Virus record (IMG/VR): IMGVR_UViG_3300038393_003162
Span: 1-64,000 of that record
From: a virus
Lineage: Duplodnaviria; Heunggongvirae; Uroviricota; Caudoviricetes
Length of the DNA: 64,000 nucleotides
Reading direction: 5' to 3' (one strand)
Part shown: piece by piece, positions 49,546 to 59,062 of the stretch
Layout: each line of letters begins with the position of its first letter
Numbering within the stretch: the stretch's first letter is position 1
Notes under the pieces: generated by a model
Told to the model about the DNA's origin: nothing
The model's database searches: none
What the model saw: only the letters and a program-made list of their open reading frames with translations
Program-made: the position numbers and the translations under genes

Positions 49546-50031
49546 TTAAAAATTGGCTTCCCGGAAGTGTTTTGCTGCGCGGATGACATCCTGCCGGAAC
49601 TGTCGTTGTTGGTCGGTGTTCATTTTAACATTTATGGGTTTTTTGTCAAGGAATCTCCGGAGGATCTCGTTAGCTTTGGGGATGATTTCGGGTCCTTTGA
49701 GGCTGGCGACGATTTTGGCATAAACATCAGGCTTATTCGGGTCGAAGTGGTAGAGGAAGGTTCCCAGGAACGTGGTGGTTGGAATGAGTATGAAATGGAG
49801 TTGGTCGTTTTGGTCATTGATGTAGGCTTCGGTCCAGAGGAGGTTTTGGTGGACGGAGGTCTCGATGGCTTGGATCGTATTCAGCACGTGGTAGATGGGC
49901 TGGTCGTAGATGATCCGATTGGTATTGCGGTTGGTCTGGATGAGTCGATTGTCGGTGACGACGTACCTTGTGTCGATGGTATGAGCGGTTTTGGCTTTGG
50001 TCCATTGGTCGAGTCCGGAAATCTCTGGCAT
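49546..50031 (-). CDS. C-terminal-signature family protein
   Basis: RQDVIRAAKHFREANF. Confidence 0.75.
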   Translation of the reverse strand: MPEISGLDQWTKAKTAHTIDTRYVVTDNRLIQTNRNTNRIIYDQPIYHVLNTIQAIETSVHQNLLWTEAYINDQNDQLHFILIPTTTFLGTFLYHFDPNKPDVYAKIVASLKGPEIIPKANEILRRFLDKKPINVKMNTDQQRQFRQDVIRAAKHFREANF

Positions 50032-50042
50032 CTTTTGGTCCT

Positions 50043-50570
50043 TTAGAAATTGGCTCTTCGGAAGTCGGCGATTGCCTGCTGGATGGTTTTGCGATAGACC
50101 AGCAAGGATTCCTGGTTCTGGATTTCCTTGAGTGATTGCTTGTGTTTGTATATTTCATTGGCTTTGATGGCGGCGACGGTGAGGGTCGCGTGGTTTTCGA
50201 TCTGGACTTGCTTGGTGACGGGATCGATGAGGATGAGTTGCACTTGGTCGGTCGTCACGACGACATATTCCGGGAACTCTGCGTCTTTCTCTGACGGTTT
50301 TGCGGAGCTACCGCAGTCGGCGTAGGCGACGTTGAGGTCGACCGGCAGAGTTTCGTAGGCTTTGATGATCTCCTCGTGGTGGGAGAATCTGCGGGGTTCC
50401 TCGGAAGCGGTCATGCTGTTCGGGTCGATCTTGAGTATCTTCCAAGGGTTCATGGGGTGGTCATTGCTGAAGTAGGTGATGAGGTAGGGGGTACCGGGTG
50501 TCGCATGTTTCACCGGGACGAACACCTTAATCATGGTCCAGCCGATATCATAGATCGATCGTTTGGGCAT
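50043..50570 (-). CDS. C-terminal-signature family protein
   Basis: RKTIQQAIADFRRANF. Confidence 0.75.
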   Translation of the reverse strand: MPKRSIYDIGWTMIKVFVPVKHATPGTPYLITYFSNDHPMNPWKILKIDPNSMTASEEPRRFSHHEEIIKAYETLPVDLNVAYADCGSSAKPSEKDAEFPEYVVVTTDQVQLILIDPVTKQVQIENHATLTVAAIKANEIYKHKQSLKEIQNQESLLVYRKTIQQAIADFRRANF

Positions 50571-50580
50571 TGTATGGGTC

Positions 50581-51087
50581 CTAATAATTAATTCTGAAGT
50601 TATGAATAGCTTGTTGGACGGTATGCTTGTTCTGGAGGAGTCGTCGTTGATTGGTCTCTTGGGGTTTGTCCGATAGTCCGGATACCAGCCGTTCGGCTGT
50701 GACGAATTGGAGTGCGTTCCGGTTGAGGCTGGAATAGTACAGGATGTTCGTTTCGTTCTTGCGATGACGGACATAGGTCATGTGGTATTTGAGCCAAGGG
50801 TTTGTCTGGGTTCGCTCATGGATGAAGAAATAGTGTTGCTCCAGGGTATGCCAGTCGATGTGGCATGAGACCAGGGCATCTTTCTTCCACGAGAGGTTCT
50901 CTGCGGGTTCTCCGAGTATAGTCGTGACCCAAGAAACCGCTTGATCGCGGGTGGCATTCGATCGCGAACGGAATAAATTACACTGCTGGTTGATGACATA
51001 GGAAATGGGCATATTTCCTTGCAGCAGGAAGGCGAATAGACCTCTAGGGTCATCGAGGACTTCGGCATTCATCCATTGGAGGGGCAT
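50581..51087 (-). CDS. C-terminal-signature family protein
   Basis: MPLQW...KHTVQQAIHNFRINY. Confidence 0.75.
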   Translation of the reverse strand: MPLQWMNAEVLDDPRGLFAFLLQGNMPISYVINQQCNLFRSRSNATRDQAVSWVTTILGEPAENLSWKKDALVSCHIDWHTLEQHYFFIHERTQTNPWLKYHMTYVRHRKNETNILYYSSLNRNALQFVTAERLVSGLSDKPQETNQRRLLQNKHTVQQAIHNFRINY

Positions 51088-51098
51088 TGTTTGGTCCT

Positions 51099-51674
51099 TT
51101 AGAAACTGGTCCTGAAATTCTCGATGGCATTCTTGAGGTCTTGTTTGTTCTGGATGAGTTTTTCGGGGTCCGGGTCTGGTTGTTTCGGGACTGATTTCGG
51201 GCGCGGCTTGGGCATGTAGCTTTTCTCCTGTGCCGTGAAGGTGAGTTCCTCGGCGAGTGTGTGAGCGGCGGTCATACTTGGCAGGTACCATTTGTGGATC
51301 TGCCTTGAGTTCTTGCTGCTGGTGTAGACATAGAGCAAGCAATACGGGTTGGCTTCAAACCGTGCTTTCGAAATCTCGCTGGGGAAGGTGTCGGGCGGTG
51401 TCCGGCGAAAGGCATAGAACTGGACATTTTCGAGCGTATTCTCGGTCATGTCGATGGCATGGTTGGCATCATCGGACCACTTGAGTTCGGCGGCAGTGGT
51501 CTCGAATTTCTCGGACACGTAGCTTTCGAGTTGATTCGGCGTCGCGTGGACCTTGGCATCCACGTCGGTCGTGATCGTGTTGATGGTATAAGTATGCGAA
51601 GAGTGTTGGAAGCAAAGGACGTTTTGCTTCGACGGTTTTTCAAACACTCTTATCGGGGACCATTTTAATGGCAT
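51099..51674 (-). CDS. C-terminal-signature family protein
   Basis: MPLKW...KQDLKNAIENFRTSF. Confidence 0.75.
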   Translation of the reverse strand: MPLKWSPIRVFEKPSKQNVLCFQHSSHTYTINTITTDVDAKVHATPNQLESYVSEKFETTAAELKWSDDANHAIDMTENTLENVQFYAFRRTPPDTFPSEISKARFEANPYCLLYVYTSSKNSRQIHKWYLPSMTAAHTLAEELTFTAQEKSYMPKPRPKSVPKQPDPDPEKLIQNKQDLKNAIENFRTSF

Positions 51675-51695
51675 CTTGTGTTCCTTTGATTTGAT

Positions 51696-52817
51696 TCACT
51701 TGATAAGGTCGCGGAAATTCTGGATCGCCTTGAGGGTGGTTTCCTTGTTCTGGACGAGTTGCTGTTGGTCCGGTTCCCGAGGCTCGTCATCCAGTCGCTT
51801 CTTTCGCCTATACGAATACGAAAAATTCTCAATATACGAGGAATATTTCCTGGTCGAAAACTTCCCGAAAGTGGAAAGGTGGTTGAAGTTGAAAGTATAA
51901 CTTTGGTTTTGGTTGAATGTGTCGGCGTCGTGCTTGTCGGCAGCGGTCTTGGCATCCATCAGGAGATTGAATACTTGCGTGGTATTATGGGTTGCCTGGG
52001 TGTCTTCATGTCCGAGCGTGTAGAGGGTGTAAAGATTTTTCTTGTCAGCCGAGCAAACTTCGATGAAATAAAAGATATTCTTCGACAAGTCTGTGTTTCT
52101 GGTACACACGACCGAGTGTTTCGTGTATCCGCCTGGGAGCTTTGCCTTGGCATGAGCCTCGATAGCGGCGATGTAATTAAAGTCAAGACACTCGACCTTG
52201 ACAGTGCAGTCGTTGGGGGTAAAGAAGAAAGCCTTGAGGATCGGGTCATCACCCGACTTCGAAGTCGCGATGAAGCAATGCGGTTCGTCGGGGTTATTGG
52301 GCTTAAGGAGGAATCCCGATCGCCAGACGAGGAGATTCTCGGGATTCTTCTTGGTCGGGGCTTGGTCTTGGATGACTTCCGTGATTTCGGTTTGGTCTGG
52401 CATCGTTTCTTGCCCTTCGTTGGTCGATGCGTTGTTAAGGATGTTGTTGGCTGTTTTGATGACATCATCCTTGGAGTCGCAAATCACTTGGGTCGGAATG
52501 TTCTTGGAGTTAGCATCAAAATGGACGAGAAGGAATTCCTCCGTGGGAGTTCGTTTGTAGAAGAAAATATGCCCCTTACTTTCGGAGAATGCGACTGCAT
52601 ACTTCCACTGGAGAGTGCGACCGGCTCTCGCCTCGGCGTCGTCGGTCGCGGTGGAAATGAGCATGAACGTCTGGCTATAATGATGGTGTTCCTGTTTGCT
52701 GAGGATATGGAGGCGAGGGGTCCAAGTCGAGGTGTTGATGAAATAATAATGGGAATCGGTCTCTGCGACCTTACAGTAGTCCCACGCGAGAACTTGTCCT
52801 TGGTCTGGCATAGTCAT
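51696..52817 (-). CDS. C-terminal-signature family protein (double length)
   Basis: KETTLKAIQNFRDLIK. Confidence 0.75.
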   Translation of the reverse strand: MTMPDQGQVLAWDYCKVAETDSHYYFINTSTWTPRLHILSKQEHHHYSQTFMLISTATDDAEARAGRTLQWKYAVAFSESKGHIFFYKRTPTEEFLLVHFDANSKNIPTQVICDSKDDVIKTANNILNNASTNEGQETMPDQTEITEVIQDQAPTKKNPENLLVWRSGFLLKPNNPDEPHCFIATSKSGDDPILKAFFFTPNDCTVKVECLDFNYIAAIEAHAKAKLPGGYTKHSVVCTRNTDLSKNIFYFIEVCSADKKNLYTLYTLGHEDTQATHNTTQVFNLLMDAKTAADKHDADTFNQNQSYTFNFNHLSTFGKFSTRKYSSYIENFSYSYRRKKRLDDEPREPDQQQLVQNKETTLKAIQNFRDLIK

Positions 52818-52832
52818 GTCCTTATGGTTTGG

Positions 52833-53552
52833 TCAGAATTCATTTTCGTTTTGGAAGTCCCACGGATCGATTTCCCAATCATCGTCTTCGACCACATCGA
52901 CATTTACAGGGGTCGGGGCAGGCGGGGGTGCAGGCTCAGAGTCATCATCCTCATCATCATCACCCATCTGGAAAAGTTTATCCAAGAATGTGTGGTTGAC
53001 GATGCTGGGATCGTCGATTGGGATGGCGGCAGTTTCCTCGTCGATGATCCCGCCGAGCTTTTCGACGAGGTTGCAGAGCTTGACGGCAACGCACTCGATC
53101 GTGTCGAAGGTCCCGAAGGTAGTGAAGTTCTTCGCCTTCCGGAGTTGCCCGAGGAATTCGCTGGTGTCCTGGGGGGTGCTGCACCGATGCTCCAATTCTT
53201 TTCGCATCATCTCCAGCGTCTCGACCAGTTTCTCGACATCGATTTGCTTCGTCTCGGTCACTGCTTCACCCTGCTGGGGGATGTAGCCTTCTTCGTAGGT
53301 GGCTCCGAGGGACATGCCTGGTTCGACCAGATGGTTATGGACCAATTGGGCGACTTCTTTGGCGTCCTCTGGAGACTTGAATGGTCCCCGAGTCCCGTCA
53401 CCCTTGCCGTTATCCAGGACGACGGAGAAGTTCCAGCCCCCGCTCGGATTTTTCTCGACCCTGTACCGGGCATTGGGGTTATCCTGTGCGTGCGCGGTAA
53501 AAACTTTCCCGTATCCCAGCTTGTTCCATTTGAGTTTCTGCGGCTCTGGCAT
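52833..53552 (-). CDS. hypothetical protein (EEGYI subfamily, acidic tail)
   Basis: AAGGAG RBS; MPEPQKLKW; YEEGYI. Confidence 0.75.
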   Translation of the reverse strand: MPEPQKLKWNKLGYGKVFTAHAQDNPNARYRVEKNPSGGWNFSVVLDNGKGDGTRGPFKSPEDAKEVAQLVHNHLVEPGMSLGATYEEGYIPQQGEAVTETKQIDVEKLVETLEMMRKELEHRCSTPQDTSEFLGQLRKAKNFTTFGTFDTIECVAVKLCNLVEKLGGIIDEETAAIPIDDPSIVNHTFLDKLFQMGDDDEDDDSEPAPPPAPTPVNVDVVEDDDWEIDPWDFQNENEF

Positions 53553-53648
53553 CTCGATCTCCTTCTTGGTCAGCCTCTTGACAGGTCTTCAATATACGAT
53601 TTCGCTTAGTGTGGTCCGATGTTGACTTCGTTTCATCCCATTTGTTGG

Positions 53649-54383
53649 TCACATGTAGCCTTGGATTACCGAAAGATAATTGCTGAGTTCGTAAAATTCG
53701 GTCATGAGGTTCGGCTCGATCTCCTTAAGATCGAGTGCCACTTGTTCGTAACTATCGCGATCGGCTCTGAGCGACTTGATTTGCTCGATGAGGTCTCGCT
53801 GGCATCGGATGAATCGTTCGAGCGGGGATTCGTCTCCCTTGGCGACTTCAGTTCCAGCTTCTTCTTCGTAGTTGGCGATGTAGCATTCCCCGTATTCCTT
53901 GGTTTCCTTGGTCTTCTTAGGTTTGGGTTTGGTGAGAATCTGATAGTTGCACTTATCAGCCATGATCTTGACATCCGCCATGGAATCATAAGTCAACGGC
54001 AATTTCCAATATCCCCCTTCCGGCTTATAAATTACGAGCGTTGCCTTATTGTCTGTTACATAAGTATGGACTATGAAGAAATATCCTGCCTGGTTCTGGG
54101 CTTCCGACCGAAGGTTTGTAATCGCGTTCCATTCTAGTTTGCCCACCGACTTGATGTGTTCTTGGTCTATTTTCTCAGCTAAAAGGCGTGCTTCTTTTGG
54201 GTTTTCGCAAAGACGGACCCGCCCTACCCCGTCGTCTCCGGTGTATACAAGTCGGGTGATCAGATTGTTAGGACCGGAACTGACCTCGACAGTGTATTCC
54301 TTCTCGGTGACCGTGCTGGTGCCGTAATGCGTGGTATATTTCCCGCCTTGAGAAACCTTCCATTCGAATGCGACTAAAAACAT
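53649..54383 (-). CDS. hypothetical protein (ECYI subfamily)
   Basis: AAGGA RBS; YGECYI. Confidence 0.7.
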   Translation of the reverse strand: MFLVAFEWKVSQGGKYTTHYGTSTVTEKEYTVEVSSGPNNLITRLVYTGDDGVGRVRLCENPKEARLLAEKIDQEHIKSVGKLEWNAITNLRSEAQNQAGYFFIVHTYVTDNKATLVIYKPEGGYWKLPLTYDSMADVKIMADKCNYQILTKPKPKKTKETKEYGECYIANYEEEAGTEVAKGDESPLERFIRCQRDLIEQIKSLRADRDSYEQVALDLKEIEPNLMTEFYELSNYLSVIQGYM

Positions 54384-54513
54384 GAGGTCATCCTTTCGTT
54401 TTGGTTTCAAAACATCATATCAAAAAACACGCTCCAGGTCAAGCCAGGAGCGTCTCTTGGGTCGGGATGGTGGAACAGGACGTTTTCTTCGGGTCGCTGG
54501 TTCTGGGGGCATT

Positions 54514-55494
54514 CTAGAAGGATTCCCGGAAGGCAGCGATGGCTTTGAGGGTCGATTGTTTGTTTCGATTGAGTAATTCCTGGGAGACCGGCTCTGGGCG
54601 TCGTTCCTCGGTCGGGAGATGCTTTAGATTTTCTTTGGCTTGGGCGTCTTCCTTGGCTTCGTGGACCGACTTAAAATGACTGACGACCGGCTTCGCGCTG
54701 TCGTTGGCGAACATCGTTTGCCGGTATTTGTCCAGGAAAGGATAGATGAGCCAGAAATGGGTCTTCATCGGAGTGACAGAGATTGCGTTGATCATCATGT
54801 GAAGTGGTCGCCAGGACAAATAATCATGACCAACGAACTTCTCGAATGCTTTCTTGGCACCTTCTTCCGTGACATAGGGCGTGACACTGACCTTGGACTT
54901 TCCATCGCGGAAAATGTAGAGAAGACTGATGTTGTTGCTGGGGATGAGGGCGGCATAAGCGAGTTGGTTTTCGTTATGGACGTATGACGATGTGTAGATG
55001 CCTTCGAACCACTTGGGTGAAGTGGTCGTTTTCGATTTGGGGAGAGGCTTGAGGGATTTGAAGTTGTTGGCTGCGGTCCTTGCTTTGGGCAGACTAGTGT
55101 ATTCTCCTCGGTCTCGGGGCGAATCGTAATTGGCGTTGAGGTGGACGAGCTTCCACAGGTGGTCGTTGGCTGTGATCACGAAACAATCGAACGCTTCTTT
55201 GTCGTCGGCGTCTTCCTTGACCGTTTTGGCATATGATCCCGATACCCAATTGAGAGAGATGACTTTGGCGGTCGAGAGGGCGTGGATGGTCGCTCCAAGT
55301 TGATTCTGATGAATGGTGACGACCGGCTTCGAGTATGCCTTGGGGATGACCGCGAGAATCCGGTAATTATGGGTGGTTTCTTCGCCATCCGCGACCGCCT
55401 TGACATAATAGTTGGTCGCATCCTGGGCGATGCGTGCTGGCTTCCAGTCGAGGGCTGTATCTGCGTCTGGCATGGTTCGCATCCTTTGGGGCAT
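54514..55494 (-). CDS. C-terminal-signature family protein (double length)
   Basis: KQSTLKAIAAFRESF. Confidence 0.75.
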   Translation of the reverse strand: MPQRMRTMPDADTALDWKPARIAQDATNYYVKAVADGEETTHNYRILAVIPKAYSKPVVTIHQNQLGATIHALSTAKVISLNWVSGSYAKTVKEDADDKEAFDCFVITANDHLWKLVHLNANYDSPRDRGEYTSLPKARTAANNFKSLKPLPKSKTTTSPKWFEGIYTSSYVHNENQLAYAALIPSNNISLLYIFRDGKSKVSVTPYVTEEGAKKAFEKFVGHDYLSWRPLHMMINAISVTPMKTHFWLIYPFLDKYRQTMFANDSAKPVVSHFKSVHEAKEDAQAKENLKHLPTEERRPEPVSQELLNRNKQSTLKAIAAFRESF

Positions 55495-55545
55495 TAATAA
55501 CGCAAAACTTCATGTTATTAATGCGGATTAGGGTGTCGGTCGGCG

Positions 55546-56148
55546 TTACCAATTGTCTGTGATGATGATCGCTTCTTCTTCGGCGATTTCCGGTGGCGGC
55601 GAGGGCTGCTGATTGATTTTGTGGAATGTCAGAGAAAGGTTATAGAGGATATCGTCGAGGACGATGATTTCCTCCAAGATATCGCACGGGGCATTTGGGT
55701 CATTGGTTCGGAGCATATTTTTGGCTAGTTGTTCGTTCTTCTTTGGCGATCCGCCTACTTTCTTCAATTCGGCAGCGAGGTCTTTGATGGTTTGTGCGAG
55801 TCGGGCGGCTTCCTGGAGGGGTGTTTCTTCGGCGACATCCGTCGTGATATAGCATTCTTCGAAAGGCATGTTGTCCGGCTCCTTCTTTTGGTCACGTCGC
55901 ATTGTATTGAAATATGACAAGTCCCACCGATTGGCATATCTTACGGCTTCGTTCCAGTCGGCATGGAATGTCGCCTGTTCTCCGGAGGCTTTGAGGAATG
56001 TCGTAAGCTGATAATTTTGAGCCATGCCAAGATATTTAATTTTGAAATTTGTAGATTCGTTTCTTTTACTTTGAGAGGTCCATGTGGAGAAGTCATCCAC
56101 TGGATGATGTGCTTTCCATGTGAGATTCAGGTCCTTTTGTTCCGGCAT
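55546..56148 (-). CDS. hypothetical protein (EECYI subfamily)
   Basis: MPEQKDLNLTW; FEECYI. Confidence 0.7.
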   Translation of the reverse strand: MPEQKDLNLTWKAHHPVDDFSTWTSQSKRNESTNFKIKYLGMAQNYQLTTFLKASGEQATFHADWNEAVRYANRWDLSYFNTMRRDQKKEPDNMPFEECYITTDVAEETPLQEAARLAQTIKDLAAELKKVGGSPKKNEQLAKNMLRTNDPNAPCDILEEIIVLDDILYNLSLTFHKINQQPSPPPEIAEEEAIIITDNW

Positions 56149-56268
56149 TGCTTCTTCGCCTTTTTTGATCGGCTAAAAACTGATTGGATGTCAATTACCT
56201 ATTGTAGCACAGGTCTAAATTTAGGTCAATAGGTCATTAATAAGTAATCGAAGTTTAATTTATTCTAG

Positions 56269-56976
56269 GTGATCGCTATTCAGTATTTCGGGGGCAAGGG
56301 AAAGGTCTGTCGGGAATTGGCTGGTTACATCAATTCGCGGCTTGGGGATGGTCAGGCGTATTGGGAGCCATTCTGCGGTGCGTGCTGGGTCATGAGCAAT
56401 GTATGTGGGTCGATGCGTATCGCGAGCGACCTGCATCCGGAGTTGATTGCGATGTGGCGGGCGTTACAGACGGGCTGGGAGCCGCCTGCTGTGGTCACAG
56501 AGTCGGAGTATCAATTGATACGGGCGGGGACGGACATGGCATTGCGTGGCTTCGTGGGTTTCGGCTGTAGTAACAGTGGTAAATGGTTTGGCGGATACGC
56601 TAGGAACAAGACTGGTCGTAATTACGCATCGAACGCCAGGAATTCGTTGAAGAAGAAGATGATGGGCTTAGGGGATGTGCGGTTCGAGTGCGGGGGTTAC
56701 AATGAGGTCGAGGTGCCGAGCGGGTCATTGATCTACTGCGATCCTCCTTATCGGGGGACGGTGGGGTATTCGGTGGGTCGGTTCGACCATGATCGGTTCT
56801 GGGAATGGGTGCGGAAGAGGTCGGTTGAGAATACGGTCTTGGTCTCGGAGTATAGTGCTCCTGAGGATTTCACTTGTGTATGGGAGATTGAGACCAAGAC
56901 CGATATCAAGGATAGGACGGGGGAGAAGTCGAGGCGGGTTGAGCAGTTGTTTGAACACTCTTCGAGTGTGGAATGA
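56269..56976 (+). CDS. DNA adenine methyltransferase (D12/Dam-like)
   Basis: QYFGGKGK, WEPFCG, IYCDPPY, VLVSEY. Confidence 0.9.
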   Translation: MIAIQYFGGKGKVCRELAGYINSRLGDGQAYWEPFCGACWVMSNVCGSMRIASDLHPELIAMWRALQTGWEPPAVVTESEYQLIRAGTDMALRGFVGFGCSNSGKWFGGYARNKTGRNYASNARNSLKKKMMGLGDVRFECGGYNEVEVPSGSLIYCDPPYRGTVGYSVGRFDHDRFWEWVRKRSVENTVLVSEYSAPEDFTCVWEIETKTDIKDRTGEKSRRVEQLFEHSSSVE

Positions 56977-57011
56977 GAGATAGTCTTAGATGGAGAGGGA
57001 CGCGGCGCAAA

Positions 57012-57888
57012 GTGTTAAACGCCTCTAGAGCGTGGAATGAGGATCACCAGAGGCTTTTCAACTCCGATGGCGGTCCGTGTTAAACGCCTCTAGGGCGTGG
57101 AGTGAGGATCACCCTCTTGCCAACACACGATTCCTCCCGGCTTGGTGTGCTAAACGCCTCTAAGGCGTGGAGTGAGGGTTACTTTCATTTGAAATCGAAC
57201 TCAACAGTGTTAAACGCCTTTAGACCGTGGAATGAAAGTCATGCGTGCATAATTCGCCGGACGTCCTGGTTTTCGTCCTGTGTCGAACGCCTCTAGGGCG
57301 TGGAGTGAGGATCAGGTTAACTTATTGGTTGACGTCCTCAACTGACCGCTTGTGTTAAACGCCTCTGAGACGTGGAGTGAAGATCACCACGGCGCGTCCG
57401 ATGTCGTGTCGCGCGGACCGGATGAGTGTTAAACACCTCTAGGGCGTGGAATGAGGATCACTTCTTCGTCTAGCAATATCCTAATAATTTGGTATGTGTT
57501 AAACACCTCTAGGGCGTGGAATGAGGATCACTCCACTATTTCAAGGGCATCTACTCGAAGATGCATGTGTTAAACGCCTCTAGGGCGTGGAATGAGGATC
57601 ACCGTGATTGAGCGTACACGTCGAAGGTATGTTCTCGGTGTTAAACGCCTCTAGGGCGTGGAATGAGGATCACCATCCAAGGACCACCTCCCTGATCTGC
57701 GCCACCGGGCGTGTTAAACGCCTCTAGGGCGTGGAATGAGGATCACCTCGTGCGTGATGCCATACATCCGCCGCACCTCGTGTGTTAAACGCCTCTAGGG
57801 CGTGGAATGAGGATCACCAGATACGCTCCCACAGCCAAGCTGTATTAGGGTCGTGTTAAACGCCTCTAGGGCGTGGAATGAGGATCAC
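57012..57888 (-). CRISPR. CRISPR array 2 (orphan): 13 repeats of 36 bp, 12 spacers
   Basis: plus-strand repeat GTGTTAAACGCCTCTAGGGCGTGGAATGAGGATCAC at 57012, 57077, 57147, 57207, 57280, 57352, 57426, 57496, 57567, 57638, 57711, 57782, 57853; degenerate copies on the left imply the leader is on the right. Confidence 0.97.
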
Positions 57889-58183
57889 TGCCTCATCTTA
57901 AGCTCTTGATGTCCAACCACTTAGACACTTGGTTTTCAAGCATCTTGCTCATCGGCATCAACAAGGCAATAAGATGAAGCATTGGCGTGAGCCATCATAG
58001 CCAGAACGTCTTGTCAAAGAACAACTTACGAAGAATCATGCACCTGGGATTCGGACTTTCAGCCTTAAGTCCTTATTTTGAAAGAGATTTAAGACAATTT
58101 GGCAATCTTACTCTCTGATCCTGGAAAGGTACTTGATTTCCCAGCATTTAGTATACCAAGTCGAACGACTTTTGCCAACTAAA

Positions 58184-58747
58184 TCAACAACAGCTTGCCT
58201 CGAAATATAGTTCCGTCGGAAGTCCGTCCACGAATTTGCCTGCTAGGATGTTCCAGTTTCCCGCATCTCCCCAGATATTATTATATGTAACCAAGTGTTT
58301 GCAGGGATTACCTTCGCTATCAGCGGGGAAGTATTCGCCCTGAATCCACCGAGGTTGACCGAAGAATTGGGTGACTCCGTAATCCCGATATCTCCGAGTC
58401 CCCTTGGTGCCAGCGAAATATTTGGTCTCGGGATCATCGGTCTCGACAAAGACAGCTTCCTTATCCCCTGCTTCCCAATTTTCGCTCCAGGCGTCTTCTT
58501 TGATGGTGAGTCGATATCGTTTGTCCCCCAATGGGATTACGATTTCGCCACTGTTGCGTGTATTGTAGTGCCGAGGTAGGGCGATCTCGGGCAATAGGCG
58601 TTTCTGGTGGAACTCGGGACGGAATTGGTCCCATCCGTGGACATCATACCACTCTTGGTCCTCGGAGGAGAATGTATCAACCATCTCCAAGAGATTAAAA
58701 TCATAGCTTTTTGTCTCGTGTATGTTTCTTAATGGGATTACAAACAT
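58184..58747 (-). CDS. hypothetical protein (possibly YwqG/DUF1963-like C-terminus)
   Basis: FFGQPRWIQGE..P...WGDAG. Confidence 0.55.
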   Translation of the reverse strand: MFVIPLRNIHETKSYDFNLLEMVDTFSSEDQEWYDVHGWDQFRPEFHQKRLLPEIALPRHYNTRNSGEIVIPLGDKRYRLTIKEDAWSENWEAGDKEAVFVETDDPETKYFAGTKGTRRYRDYGVTQFFGQPRWIQGEYFPADSEGNPCKHLVTYNNIWGDAGNWNILAGKFVDGLPTELYFEASCC

Positions 58748-58765
58748 TCCAATTTCCTTAATTAA

Positions 58766-59062
58766 TCATTCTTCCCAGCGATAATATAACATTTGTTTGT
58801 GGTCAGTAAGGACAGTTTCTTGGTCCCCATCGGTTTTGGATGGCTTGTCATGGTTTGACGAAGGTTCGGTTTTCTGGAGGCAACCTTGCCAGATGATTCG
58901 GGTTAGGTAGGTGGTATTGAAGATGGTCCCCAGCAGGACGAAGCCAAATCGAGAGAACGTACCCAGGAGAAGCGTGATTATGGTTAAATAGGACCAATAA
59001 TCGTTGAGTGAGTACGCGAATTTGGCTAGTCGGCGATTCCTTCTCACTTCGGTCTGATTCAT
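58766..59062 (-). CDS. small membrane protein
   Basis: AAGGA RBS; hydrophobic core. Confidence 0.5.
   Translation of the reverse strand: MNQTEVRRNRRLAKFAYSLNDYWSYLTIITLLLGTFSRFGFVLLGTIFNTTYLTRIIWQGCLQKTEPSSNHDKPSKTDGDQETVLTDHKQMLYYRWEE

Noticed and set aside
51759-53609. 616-aa plus-strand ORF, and similar long antisense ORFs (2270..3295 alternate frame, 31563..32642, 59414..60352, 22564..23319)
   Set aside because: They are shadow frames of better-supported genes, produced by biased or repetitive codon usage, and have no RBS or motif support.
42611-57852. Self-targeting spacers within the window
   Set aside because: None was noticed, but an exhaustive search cannot be done by eye and needs BLASTN-short.
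57012-57888. Shared CTAGGGCGTG between the array-2 repeat and some copies of the 17-bp motif
   Set aside because: Only about 10 bp match and the TCCGG half is absent, so it is probably coincidental.
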